Of a DNA stretch of 64,000 bases, positions 1-9,435 are shown one piece after another. Below the pieces are notes generated by a model. It was not told the origin of the DNA and did not search any database. It saw nothing but the letters and a program-made list of their open reading frames with translations. The stretch covers positions 517,100 through 581,099 of the forward strand of contig CBDDCC010000013.1 in the NCBI GenBank assembly GCA_965225935.1, read 5' to 3'. Positions within the stretch are counted from its first letter, which is position 1; every line of letters begins with the position of its first letter. Source of the DNA: Rhodospirillales bacterium (lineage in GTDB: Bacteria > Pseudomonadota > Alphaproteobacteria > Kiloniellales > JAKSDN01). The position numbers and the translations under genes are program-made.

Positions 1-501
1 GGCCGCCGGGATCTCGCCCTCGCGGCCCTGGCGGTTCGAGGCCGACTGGGGCGCCAGGTGCGCCTCGGCCGGCAGGTAGAACTCCTTATCGAGGATCGAG
101 TAGCGGGCCGAGTATTCGTTCACGTTGGCGGTGCGGTGGCGGATCCACTGGCGGGCGACGAAGATCGGCAGCTTCACGTGCAGCTTGATCTCGCACATCT
201 CGAAGGGCGTGGTGTGACGGTGGCGCATGAGGTAGCGGACAAGCCCCCGGTCGCTGCTCACCGTCTTGGTGCCCTTGCCGTAGGAAACCCGAGCCGCCTG
301 CACGATGGCGCCGTCGTCGCCCAGATAGTCGATCACCCGCACGAAGCCGTGGTCGAGCACCGGCAGGAGTTCGTAGAGGATCTCCTCCAAGGCCGGCACC
401 GTGGCCCGCCGGGTCGCCTGGCTCTCGGCGCGCAAGGCCGCGATCTCGGCCGCCTCGTCGGCGCTCACGCCCGCTTCGGTCTTGCTTTCCTTGTCCGCCA
501 T
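1..501 (-). CDS. thyX: FAD-dependent thymidylate synthase ThyX (5' part; runs off window edge)
   Basis: Manual minus-strand translation from ATG at 501: ...[46 protein letters not shown]..., containing the ThyX RHR-x7-S motif. Not in the ORF track because it is truncated. Confidence 0.93.
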   Translation of the reverse strand, partial: MADKESKTEAGVSADEAAEIAALRAESQATRRATVPALEEILYELLPVLDHGFVRVIDYLGDDGAIVQAARVSYGKGTKTVSSDRGLVRYLMRHRHTTPFEMCEIKLHVKLPIFVARQWIRHRTANVNEYSARYSILDKEFYLPAEAHLAPQSASNRQGREGEIPAA

Positions 502-578
502 TTTGTCCGCCGTCCTGCTGACCTCCTGGGCCGGCACTCTATACCCCCGCGGGGCCGCCGCGGCCATGATTTGATCCC

Positions 579-600
579 GATTCGGCTCAGCTTATCCACA
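579..600. promoter_or_regulatory. DnaA box (TTATCCACA, 592-600) with adjacent GANTC site (GATTC, 579-583) upstream of thyX
   Basis: Perfect match to the 9-mer DnaA box consensus in the thyX/agmatinase divergent intergenic region. Confidence 0.5.
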
Positions 601-708
601 GCAAAGGGCGGCGCGCCAGGTCCCCGGGCACCTTGACGCCTTGCCCGGCCATGCCGTCGACTGGGGCCTTCCGCATCCAACGACGAGGCAAAAGGGGAGG
701 AGAGGCCC

Positions 709-1713
709 ATGGGCGCATCGACATCGGAAGACAATGCCAGGCTGGTCATGGAGAGCCTCAACTGGTGGGGCGTGCCGACTCTGTTCCGCTGCCCCCACGA
801 CCCCGACCCGGCGGGCTGCGACATCGCCCTCGTGGGCGTTCCCCACAGCACCGGCAACGGCACCACCGAGCGCGACCAGCACTTCGGGCCCCGCGCCGTG
901 CGCGACATGTCGGCCAACGCCCGCCGGGTCCACATGCGCTTCGGCATCTCCCCCTGGGAGATCGCCCGCATCCACGACCTGGGCGACGTGCCGCTGCCCG
1001 AGGGCAACGACAACGAGCGCTCCATCGAGCGCATCACCGAGTTCTACCGGGCGCTCGATGCCGCCGGCACGCGGCCGGTCTCGATCGGCGGCGACCACTC
1101 CATCACCGGCGGCATCCTGCAGGGGATCGCCGGCGAGGGCGCGCGGCTCACCGGCGGCGGCAAGGCGGCGCTCCTGCATCTCGACGCCCACACGGACGCC
1201 TACGAGAAGGTCGACCACTTCCTGGGCGCCCGGAAGTCGGCGGCCCACTGGGCGGCCTTCCTGGTGCGCCAGGGCCAGGTGGACGCCAGCCGCAGCGTCC
1301 AGCTCGGCATGCGCGGCAACCCGCGCACCTTCGACTGGCTCGATCCCAGCTACGAGCTTGGATACGAGGTCGTCACCATGGAGCGCTACCGGGAGCTGGG
1401 CACGGCGCAAACCATCGAGATCATCCGCCAGCGGGTGGCCGGAATGCCGCTCTACATCACCCTCGATCTCGACTGCTTCGACCCGACCGTGGCGCCGGGC
1501 GTCGCCAACCTGGAGCCGGGCGTGGCCGGCTTCCTGGTGGACGAGGTGATGGAGATCCTGCAGTCCGTGCGCGGCGAGAACGTGATCGGCGGCGACGTGG
1601 CTTGCCTCATGCCGACCAAGGATTCCCCCAACAAGATCACGGCGCTCCTCGCGGCCGCGGTGATGTTCGAGATGGTCAGCCTGATCGCCGACGGGTTGAA
1701 AGCAGAAGACTGA
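709..1713 (+). CDS. Agmatinase/ureohydrolase (arginase family)
   Basis: GGDHS, HLDAHTD and LDLDCFDP Mn-binding motifs; GGAG RBS upstream. Confidence 0.88.
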   Translation: MGASTSEDNARLVMESLNWWGVPTLFRCPHDPDPAGCDIALVGVPHSTGNGTTERDQHFGPRAVRDMSANARRVHMRFGISPWEIARIHDLGDVPLPEGNDNERSIERITEFYRALDAAGTRPVSIGGDHSITGGILQGIAGEGARLTGGGKAALLHLDAHTDAYEKVDHFLGARKSAAHWAAFLVRQGQVDASRSVQLGMRGNPRTFDWLDPSYELGYEVVTMERYRELGTAQTIEIIRQRVAGMPLYITLDLDCFDPTVAPGVANLEPGVAGFLVDEVMEILQSVRGENVIGGDVACLMPTKDSPNKITALLAAAVMFEMVSLIADGLKAED

Positions 1714-1717
1714 GGGG

Positions 1718-2926
1718 CTAGGAGGAGGTCTGGGTGGCCCGCTCAGTTGCTTGACGGGCCGGGTGGGCGCGGCTCAGCAGCAGACCCAGGCCGGCCGCTG
1801 CGAGGGAGAAGCCGGCGGCCAGCAGAAAGGCGTACTCCAGCTCCAGGTTGGCGACCAGGCCGGCCAGCCAGGCCCCCAAAGCCCCCACGCCGTCGAGCAG
1901 GGCGAAGGCGAGGCCGAGAGTGGTCGCCTCGCGCTGGCTGGAGTAGTCGACCGCGGCGGCCAGGTGGGCCGAGCGCACGGCGGTGAGGGCCAGGATGGCG
2001 ACCGCGAAGCCGGCCAGCGCCAGCAGGATCGAGCCGCCCAGTAGGAAGACCGCGAGCGCGGCCAGGGCGGCGGTCAGGTTGCCGGCCAGGATCAGGGGCT
2101 TGCGGCCGAGGCCGTCCGAGAGGCGGCCCGCGAGGGGCTGGCAGATGGCGCCCAGGAAGATCATGGCGGAGAAGGCGATCCCCGTCTCCACCGGCGCGAA
2201 GCCGTGCCGGGTCTGCAGGTAGAGGGGCATCATGGCGAGGATCGCCATGTTGGCCATGTTGTAGGCGGAGATGGTCCCGACCAGGCGCAGGCCCGCCGGG
2301 CGCCGCCAGAGGCGCAGCATGTCGAGGAGGTCGGCGCCGGAGATCCGCGCCGTGCGGGCGCGCGGCACCCGGCGGACGATGGCGAGGAAGGCGAACGCCG
2401 TGACCGCCGCCGGCAGCGCCGCGAAGAGCAGCGAGGTGCGCCAGTCGACGAAGCTCAGGAGCAGGCCCATGGCGAGCGGCGCCGTGACCTCGGCCAGGGT
2501 GCCGCCGATGGCGTGGATGCCGAGGGCCTCGGCCCGCCGGCCGGGCTGCAGGCGCACCAGGACGCCCGTGGCGATGGGGTGCCAGGCGGCGTCGCCCAGG
2601 CCGGCCACGGCCAGCATGAGGGCGATGCTCCAGAAGCCGGGCGCCTGGGAGCCGAGCGCGTAGCCGGCAGCGACCCAGACGAAGGTGAAGAGCAGTAGCC
2701 GGCCGTGATCGGCCACCCGGTCGGCGAGTATGCCGGCCGGGACGTAGGCGAGCGCCGCACCGACGCTGTGAATGGCGATCAGGAGGCCGAGCTCGCCGGG
2801 GCTGAGGCCGAGCGCGACGGCGATCGCCGGGGCGATGATCCAGACCGCCCCGGGCGCGCTGTCGTTCGCCCAGTGCCCGAGCGAAAACCAGATGGAGAGC
2901 GGCCGTGCGCCGAGCTCGCCAGGCAT
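1718..2926 (-). CDS. MFS transporter
   Basis: About 12 hydrophobic segments, G.LADR and G.LSD.LGRK MFS motifs; start taken at MPGELG (2926) rather than in the AT-rich upstream region. Confidence 0.85.
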   Translation of the reverse strand: MPGELGARPLSIWFSLGHWANDSAPGAVWIIAPAIAVALGLSPGELGLLIAIHSVGAALAYVPAGILADRVADHGRLLLFTFVWVAAGYALGSQAPGFWSIALMLAVAGLGDAAWHPIATGVLVRLQPGRRAEALGIHAIGGTLAEVTAPLAMGLLLSFVDWRTSLLFAALPAAVTAFAFLAIVRRVPRARTARISGADLLDMLRLWRRPAGLRLVGTISAYNMANMAILAMMPLYLQTRHGFAPVETGIAFSAMIFLGAICQPLAGRLSDGLGRKPLILAGNLTAALAALAVFLLGGSILLALAGFAVAILALTAVRSAHLAAAVDYSSQREATTLGLAFALLDGVGALGAWLAGLVANLELEYAFLLAAGFSLAAAGLGLLLSRAHPARQATERATQTSS

Positions 2927-3328
2927 CGAAAGTCGTCCTTCTTTTTTTGGACCGCCGCCAGGGTACGGCCGTGCCGCCAAGACCGGCCAGCCTGATCGGT
3001 CCGGCCGCATCGCGCCAGCAGGATTTTGGGGTCCGCGAGGGGGCTCGGCAAGGCCGGAGCCGCGGATTCGCGCCGCAGGGCGGGCGAAGCCGGCACCGCC
3101 TCGACGGCCATGGTTTCCGCTTAAAGTAAAAAATATAAGTTTACATATATAACGATATTTGTAACTTGGTAAATTCACTATACTTCGTATGTATTCCATA
3201 TAGTTAATGGCTGTTTTCTAGTTTTATTTTATATTTGTTTGTGTTATTCTTCGGCCGCTTTTCAAGAAGGCTTTTGCGCACCAGGGCGCCTTTCCGCTGT
3301 TCCCGTCAATTTCACAGGGTCCTGCACC

Positions 3329-6300
3329 ATGGGGATGACGATGTTCAAGAAGAGACTTCGCCGGAACAAGGGCATCATCGGCCTGGCCTTTGCCGACGAC
3401 CACGGGCCGCTGGCGGTGGACGCCCAGCCGTCCAACCGGGATGCTCAGGTCACCGACGATTTCCTGAAGGCCCAGGTCGCGGCGCTCGAGCCGCTCGATC
3501 CGCGGATCCTGCCTTTCAGCGAGATCGGCGGCGGAACGAGCCGCGAGCGAAGCGCTTTCGAGTCCGTCTGGTCCGAGGGTGCGTTGCCCGAGGAGGCGCC
3601 CGAGCCGAGCCTCATGGGGCCGGGCGAGGCCGAGCGCGTCCGCGAGGCGGAGCGTGTGCGCGAGGCGGAAGACAGCCTGCCGATGTTCTCGCCGATCCCC
3701 TCCGGCGCCCTCTCCCCGCAGCCGGGGCTCATGGGCAGCGCCGGCCGGGCCAGCCACAGCTTGCTCTGGGAGGCCTTCACCCCGAGCCGCCCGAAGCACT
3801 CGAGCCGCTTCTTCTCCGGCCGGCGCCGGGCCATCCAGCGGGTCATCACCGCGGTCGAGCAGGACCAGGCCCACGTCATCGTCTACGGTCCCCGCGGCAT
3901 CGGAAAGACGTCGCTCGCCAACGTCCTGGCCGAGGGCGCGCGCGAGGTCGGCTACGTGGCGCTGCGCTATTCCTGCTGCTCCGACACGACCTTCGAGGAG
4001 ATCTTCCGCGGCCTGCTGCGCGGCCTGCCGGCCGACCGCATGGACCGGGCCACCAAGGCCAGGTTCGCCCACGCGGAGAGCTTCGAGCAGCTCCTGCCCG
4101 AGGGCGAGTTCGGCCCCACCGAGCTGACCGATGCGCTCAGCCAGCTGCAGCTCGAGCACGCCATCCTGATCATCGACGAGTTCGACCGGGTTGAGAGCCA
4201 GCACCTGAAGAACCAGCTGGCCGAGTCCATCAAGAACCTGTCCGACGCCTCCAGCCGGGTCACCTTCATCATCGTCGGCATCGCCCGCAGCCTGGACGAG
4301 CTGATCGGCATGCATCCCTCGATCCAGCGCCACCTGGTGGGCATCCAGTTGCCCCTCATGGAGGATGGCGAGCTGGAGCGCATGATCCTCGCCGGCGAGA
4401 AGGCCTCGGGCATCCGCTTCGACGCGGCCACGCGGGAGAGGATCGTCGCCCACTCCCAGGGCCTGCCCTACTACGCCCAGCTGCTGTCGCTCCACGCCGG
4501 CCGTTCGGCCCTCGAGCGCGGCTCGGACATGGTGGAGATGGCGGACTTCCAGGCCGCCGAGGCGACGGTCCGGGCCGAGATGGGCTCCTTCGCGGCCCAG
4601 AGCTTCGCGCCCGAGCTGCCCAGGCCGGTCGCCGCCCAGGAAACCCCGGCCCAGGAAACCCCGGCGGAGGCCCTTCCGGAGACCCCAGTGGAGACGCCGG
4701 TGGAGGCCGAGCAACAGTGCGAGGCCGAGCTCGAGCGCGCCGTCGAGGAAACGCCTGAACTGGTCGCCGAGGTCGAGGCGGAAGCCGAGGAGGGTGCGGA
4801 GGTCGAGGAGGCCCCCGCGGTGGAAGAGATGCCGCTCTACGAGGAGATCCCCGTGGAGGCTGCGCCGCTCCCCGAGGCAGAGTACGAGCCTTTTGCCGAG
4901 GAGGGGATCGAGCCGTCTCCCGAAATGGAGATGGAGGCAGTCCCCGGGCCCCAGATGGAGGCCGAGGAGGCTTGGTCGGTCGAGGAGGTTCCCGCGGCGG
5001 TAGAGGCCCCGGCGTGGCAGGAGGCCTCATTGGAGGCCGCGCCGTTCCCCGAGACCTGGGACCAGGTTGGCGCCGAGGAAGCGTCCGATCCGGCCGCCTG
5101 GTGCGAGGCGGAGGCCCACCCCGAGATGGCGGCGGGTGGCGAGGATGCTCCGGCCATCGAGGAGGCCACCGCGGCGGTGGAGCAGGAGCCGCCCGGCCAG
5201 CCTTGGCCCCTGCTGCTCGAATGCCTGGACCGCCCGGCGCTCCCCTACCTGGGCGCGGACGAGGTATCCCCGGCTGACGAGGCGCAGGAGAGCCAGCCCG
5301 CGATCGATGGGACGCCGGACGAGACGCCGCTGCCGCAGGAGGCGGTGGACGGGGAGTCCTGGCCGGTCGAGGCCGTCGAGGAGGCATTCACGCCGCTCGA
5401 GGCGGAGGCCTTCGTGCCCTTCGCCAACATGGACGATCTGGCCGAGACCTATTGGACCGACGAAGAGGCGCCCTTGCAGGAGGCCTGGCGGGCCGAAGAG
5501 GCGCTGCCTGCCGAGACCGCCGGCGACGCCGAGACGCCGGAAGAGACGGCGGACGAGGGTCCTGCGGCGGACGAGGCTCCCCTCGACGTGCCGCTGTCGA
5601 TGGAGCTAGCGGACGACCAGCCCCTGCCGGTGGAGGCCGTGGAAGCAGAGCCCGTGGTGGAGGACGGCCCCGCCGACGAGTCCTGGACCGATGGATCCTG
5701 GGCCGACGAGCCCCATGCCGACGAATCCTGGACCGACGAATCCTGGACCGACGAGTCCTGGACCGACGAGTCCTGGACCGATGAGTCCCGGATCGGCGAG
5801 CCCCGGCCCGAGGAGGCCATGTCGGATCCGGACCTGACCTGCGAGGCCGAGGACGATCCGACCGGCGAGGCCGCGGAGGAGCAGGCCCCGATGACCGAGG
5901 CAGAGGCTCACGAGACCGAGGCTCACGAGACCGAGGCTCACGAGACCGAGGTCCTTGAGACCGAGACCGATGAGGTCGCGGAGGACCAAGCCCCGCTGGC
6001 CGAGATCGAGGCGGATGGGGATCGCGTCGAGGAGGCCGCCACGGACGAGGGTACCGAGAACGAGGCTGCCGAGGTCGAGCATGTGGAGGAGGAGGCCCAG
6101 TCGGAGGAGGCCGCGGAGGTGGTTCCGTTCGGCGCCATCGAGACCCAGCCTCTCCTGCTCGAGGCCATGTGCGACCAGCCCCTGCTGCTGACGGTCATGC
6201 AGGATCCGACCCTCGATGCCGCGGCGACGGAGGCACAGGCCCTGTCGGACGGGGCCGAGGACAGCGGCGAGGCCGCCGAGGCCGAGCAGGCCCACGACCT

Positions 6301-6343
6301 CTGCTTCTGGGTGCGCGGCGACCTCAGGGCCATGGGCGGCTAA
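3329..6343 (+). CDS. P-loop AAA-type ATPase with very long acidic low-complexity C-terminal extension
   Basis: FSGR motif, Walker A GPRGIGKTS, Walker B ILIIDEFD, GLPYYAQL helical motif; the last ~550 aa are Glu/Asp/Ala/Pro-rich with short repeats. Start uncertain (3329/3335/3341). Confidence 0.8.
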   Translation: MGMTMFKKRLRRNKGIIGLAFADDHGPLAVDAQPSNRDAQVTDDFLKAQVAALEPLDPRILPFSEIGGGTSRERSAFESVWSEGALPEEAPEPSLMGPGEAERVREAERVREAEDSLPMFSPIPSGALSPQPGLMGSAGRASHSLLWEAFTPSRPKHSSRFFSGRRRAIQRVITAVEQDQAHVIVYGPRGIGKTSLANVLAEGAREVGYVALRYSCCSDTTFEEIFRGLLRGLPADRMDRATKARFAHAESFEQLLPEGEFGPTELTDALSQLQLEHAILIIDEFDRVESQHLKNQLAESIKNLSDASSRVTFIIVGIARSLDELIGMHPSIQRHLVGIQLPLMEDGELERMILAGEKASGIRFDAATRERIVAHSQGLPYYAQLLSLHAGRSALERGSDMVEMADFQAAEATVRAEMGSFAAQSFAPELPRPVAAQETPAQETPAEALPETPVETPVEAEQQCEAELERAVEETPELVAEVEAEAEEGAEVEEAPAVEEMPLYEEIPVEAAPLPEAEYEPFAEEGIEPSPEMEMEAVPGPQMEAEEAWSVEEVPAAVEAPAWQEASLEAAPFPETWDQVGAEEASDPAAWCEAEAHPEMAAGGEDAPAIEEATAAVEQEPPGQPWPLLLECLDRPALPYLGADEVSPADEAQESQPAIDGTPDETPLPQEAVDGESWPVEAVEEAFTPLEAEAFVPFANMDDLAETYWTDEEAPLQEAWRAEEALPAETAGDAETPEETADEGPAADEAPLDVPLSMELADDQPLPVEAVEAEPVVEDGPADESWTDGSWADEPHADESWTDESWTDESWTDESWTDESRIGEPRPEEAMSDPDLTCEAEDDPTGEAAEEQAPMTEAEAHETEAHETEAHETEVLETETDEVAEDQAPLAEIEADGDRVEEAATDEGTENEAAEVEHVEEEAQSEEAAEVVPFGAIETQPLLLEAMCDQPLLLTVMQDPTLDAAATEAQALSDGAEDSGEAAEAEQAHDLCFWVRGDLRAMGG
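5675..5809 (+). repeat. 15-bp tandem coding repeat (GACGAGTCCTGGACC = DESWT), 9 units including degenerate ones
   Basis: Read directly: DESWT-DGSWA-DEPHA-DESWT x4-DESRI-GEPRP. Confidence 0.9.
5903..5962 (+). repeat. 15-bp tandem coding repeat (GAGGCTCACGAGACC = EAHET), 3 perfect units plus 1 degenerate
   Basis: Read directly. Confidence 0.9.
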
Positions 6344-6507
6344 GTAGTTCGCCCTGCCACCTGCGGCCGGGGGTTCTCTCTCTAGCGGGGACCGGCGTCT
6401 TTGGCCGCATGGCGGCTGCGTACGTGCCGCCCGGCACGATGGCGCCCTTAGCCTGGTAAGACAACCGGGCTAACGCCGATCCTCTTCGGCGGCATGCGGC
6501 CCGCGGC

Positions 6508-7317
6508 CTATTGCAGCCGGGCGGGGTCGACGTGCTCGAATCTGAGGCCGCGGCGGTAGCTGTCGTGGTAGACCACGTGCGGCTGCGGGACGTCCTCGGC
6601 ACAGTACATGCCGAACTTGAAGTAGGGCCCGCGGATCTGGTTGGCGTAGCCCAGGGGGCCGCGGTAGTCGACCACCTGCTTGCCGTTCAGCCACATCTCG
6701 ATCTCGCCGGGGCCGCCATTGGGCCAATGGACCCGGTAGACGTAGTCGTGCCAGACGCCCTTCACGTTCTCGCTGGTCTCGAACAGCACGCCCCTGTGCT
6801 CGGGCGAGTCGCTGGCCATCGGCGAGGCGGCCAGGGTGACGTAGAAGCGCCCATCGCGGATGCGGTGGGCGATGGGAGGCTTGCCCGAGGGGTCGCCCAG
6901 CTCGGCCTGGTCGTGCCACTGGGCGAGGACGCAGGAGTAGTCGTGGTCCGGATAGTCGGGCGGCAGGTAGGTGCTGAAGGCGTACCAGACGTCCCGGCCG
7001 AAGCTGACGTTGTGGCGGTCCTTGATCTCGGCCCGCCAGCCATGGGAGACCCGGTCGCCGTTGCGCAGCTCGAAGCGGGCGGCATAGCGCCCGTGGCGGA
7101 CGATATCGGTTTCCATGGCGCCCGAGTAGGGCCCCACCAGCCGCCGGACGTCCCAGCCCTGGAAGCTGCCCACCTCGAAGTCCAGCTGGACCACCTCCGA
7201 GTGGCGGGTCGCGTCCGCGGCCTCGGGCGTCGCTGCCTCGATGGCCGGGTTGGCGGCCAGGGCCGAGCCACCCGCCAAGAGCGGCAGGACCGTCAGAAGG
7301 GAAGCAAGGCGTCGCAC
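6508..7317 (-). CDS. Secreted polysaccharide lyase-like protein (Polysacc_lyase / heparin lyase I-like jelly roll)
   Basis: Signal peptide; ARFELR..D...RAEI, WY.FS.YLP, LAQWH and PYFKFG.Y motifs. Confidence 0.75.
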   Translation of the reverse strand: MRRLASLLTVLPLLAGGSALAANPAIEAATPEAADATRHSEVVQLDFEVGSFQGWDVRRLVGPYSGAMETDIVRHGRYAARFELRNGDRVSHGWRAEIKDRHNVSFGRDVWYAFSTYLPPDYPDHDYSCVLAQWHDQAELGDPSGKPPIAHRIRDGRFYVTLAASPMASDSPEHRGVLFETSENVKGVWHDYVYRVHWPNGGPGEIEMWLNGKQVVDYRGPLGYANQIRGPYFKFGMYCAEDVPQPHVVYHDSYRRGLRFEHVDPARLQ

Positions 7318-7547
7318 GGCTCCTCCTCCGGCTGTTGTGCCTGGGCGCGGGCGGCGGGAAAGGCACGTTTCGGCCGTCGCACGCGGTCCCCCGCCCGGGT
7401 GCTGGCGAGGCTAGCATAGCGGCCGCCGGAGGTGAACCGCGGCCTGCCGCCCGCGGTACACCTCTCCGAGATAGGGGGATAGTATGCCGTGAGCGCGGCC
7501 CGGACTGCCGCAACCAGTCAGGCCGGGCCGGAACCGGGAGGCGAGCC

Positions 7548-7952
7548 ATGAAGATCGACGGAAGCTGCCACTGCGGGCGAATCACTTACGAGGCCGAAAT
7601 CGATCCCGAGAGCGTCTTCCTCTGCCACTGCGCCGACTGCCAGGCCATCTCCGGCTCGGCCTTCCGCTGGGCCGTGTCGGTCCCGGAGAGGGACTACAGG
7701 CTGCTGACGGGCGCGCCCAAGACCTACGTCAAACAGACCGACAGCGGACGGACCAACCACCAGGTCTTCTGTCCCGACTGCGCCTCGCCCCTCTACTCCA
7801 CCTCCCTCGGCGATGGCCCGACCTACTTCAACGTCCGCCTCGGCACCGCCCGCCAGCGCGCAGAGCTGCGCCCCCGCAAGGAGCTGTGGTGCGTCTCGGC
7901 GCGAGATTGGGCCTACGCCGAAGGCCCGGCCGAGCGGGTGGAGAGGCAGTAG
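7548..7952 (+). CDS. GFA/CENP-V family Zn-binding protein
   Basis: GSCHCG, CHCADC and FCPDC motifs; GGAGG RBS. Confidence 0.88.
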   Translation: MKIDGSCHCGRITYEAEIDPESVFLCHCADCQAISGSAFRWAVSVPERDYRLLTGAPKTYVKQTDSGRTNHQVFCPDCASPLYSTSLGDGPTYFNVRLGTARQRAELRPRKELWCVSARDWAYAEGPAERVERQ

Positions 7953-8054
7953 GGCGGCGGCCCCCGGGAGTGTACCGATCTGCCGTCGATTGACTGAAGG
8001 TTCCAAATATGAGAACATAACAAGATCATATAACTGTAAATTGATTAAGTAGCT

Positions 8055-9335
8055 ATGGTGTTGAAATTCTTTCATGTCTTGCCACGAACGAACACATCTT
8101 TAGCCATCATCGCAATCTTCGGTTTCCTGGCCGCTTGCCAAACCATTTCGGAAAAGGGGCAGTGGATCGAGGAGAGCCGAGCGGGGTGCCTAGTCTGGAG
8201 CGCCCGGCCCGAACCTGCTGAAAGTGCGAGTTGGAGCGGGCCGTGCGTCGACGGCGTGGCACATGGTTCCGGCATCCTGACCTGGAGCTACTGGAAGCAG
8301 GGCGGGGAAAGGACCGATCGCTATGACGGCGAGATGGTCCATGGCAAGAGTCACGGCACCGCAACCTACTACTTCGATGGCGGGGATCGCTATATCGGGG
8401 AGTTTCGCAACGGCAGTCCGCACGGTGACGGACGATATCTGTGGGCGAATGGGAATGAACTGGAGGGCCAATTCATCGACGGCCAACTGGAGGGCCGCGG
8501 GACCCTGCAGATGCCGGATGGTGACTACTATGAGGGCACGGTAAAGGGCTACACCGCCAACGGCCACGGGACCTATTGGTGGTCAACGGGCGAACGGTAC
8601 GAAGGCGAATTCAAGGACGGCCAGCCTTACGGGCAAGGAATCTACGTCGACCGAGACGGCAACCGGATTGAAGGCGAAATGGTCGATGGAGAGATGAACG
8701 GTCCCGTCGTTTACTCCTTCGTGAACGGGAGTCGGTTCGAAGGCGAAATGCGCGACGGCGAAATGAATGGCTATGGCGTCTTGAGGTCTCCGGCGGGAGA
8801 CCGGTATGAAGGGGACTTCGTTCGTGGCAAGTTCTATGGCCAGGGAGTCTTGGTTCTGGCTGACGGCACACGCTACGAAGGCAGCTTTCGTGCCGGCGAA
8901 CCCAACGGCATCGGTGTCTTCGAGTGGCCGAACGGCGCCCGCTACGAAGGGGAGTTCCTCGACGGCGAACGGCACGGTCACGGACGCATGCAGTTGTCGA
9001 GCGGCGAGTTCTACGAGGGAGAGTTCGTGAACAGCGAAATGCACGGCATCGGTACTTTGGTGCTTTCTGACGGCTCGCGATACGTAGGTGAGTTCGCGCA
9101 CGACGCCATGCATGGTGAGGGCGTGGCGGAGTTGGCCAGCGGCATAGTCTATTCGGGTGATTTCAGGGACGGGTTCCGCGAGGGGAGAGGCATTCAAACC
9201 TGGTCCGACGGAAGCTGGTTCCAGGGACCATTCGTCGACGGCATTGCTCACGGTACCGGAACCTGCATGAACACAGCCATGCGGGTGGGTCCCTGCGAGT
9301 TCAGCTACGACATTTTCATTCGCTGGCTGGACTGA
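8055..9335 (+). CDS. MORN-repeat lipoprotein
   Basis: Lipobox FLAAC; many YEGEF.DG..HG.G MORN repeats; lower GC than the backbone. Confidence 0.88.
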   Translation: MVLKFFHVLPRTNTSLAIIAIFGFLAACQTISEKGQWIEESRAGCLVWSARPEPAESASWSGPCVDGVAHGSGILTWSYWKQGGERTDRYDGEMVHGKSHGTATYYFDGGDRYIGEFRNGSPHGDGRYLWANGNELEGQFIDGQLEGRGTLQMPDGDYYEGTVKGYTANGHGTYWWSTGERYEGEFKDGQPYGQGIYVDRDGNRIEGEMVDGEMNGPVVYSFVNGSRFEGEMRDGEMNGYGVLRSPAGDRYEGDFVRGKFYGQGVLVLADGTRYEGSFRAGEPNGIGVFEWPNGARYEGEFLDGERHGHGRMQLSSGEFYEGEFVNSEMHGIGTLVLSDGSRYVGEFAHDAMHGEGVAELASGIVYSGDFRDGFREGRGIQTWSDGSWFQGPFVDGIAHGTGTCMNTAMRVGPCEFSYDIFIRWLD

Positions 9336-9435
9336 TCGGTGCCACCCGAGAACAGAGGGCTGCGCAACAGTCTCTTGAACCGGTCGGCCAGGTTAATTGG
9401 CCCGCCTCGCCCAGCGAAGTGGACCGGCTGCTGCC

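Noticed and set aside
58-636. Plus-strand 192-aa ORF and the many other long overlapping ORFs (e.g. 12281..14155, 28381..30198, 32790..34673)
   Set aside because: These are antisense or alternate-frame shadows of real genes, expected in high-GC DNA. Only the C-terminal parts of 33308.., 47884.., 55254.. and 60201.. are treated as real genes.
5675-5809. Regular repeats as a possible CRISPR array
   Set aside because: The units are contiguous 15-mers with no spacers, in frame within a CDS, and there are no cas genes.
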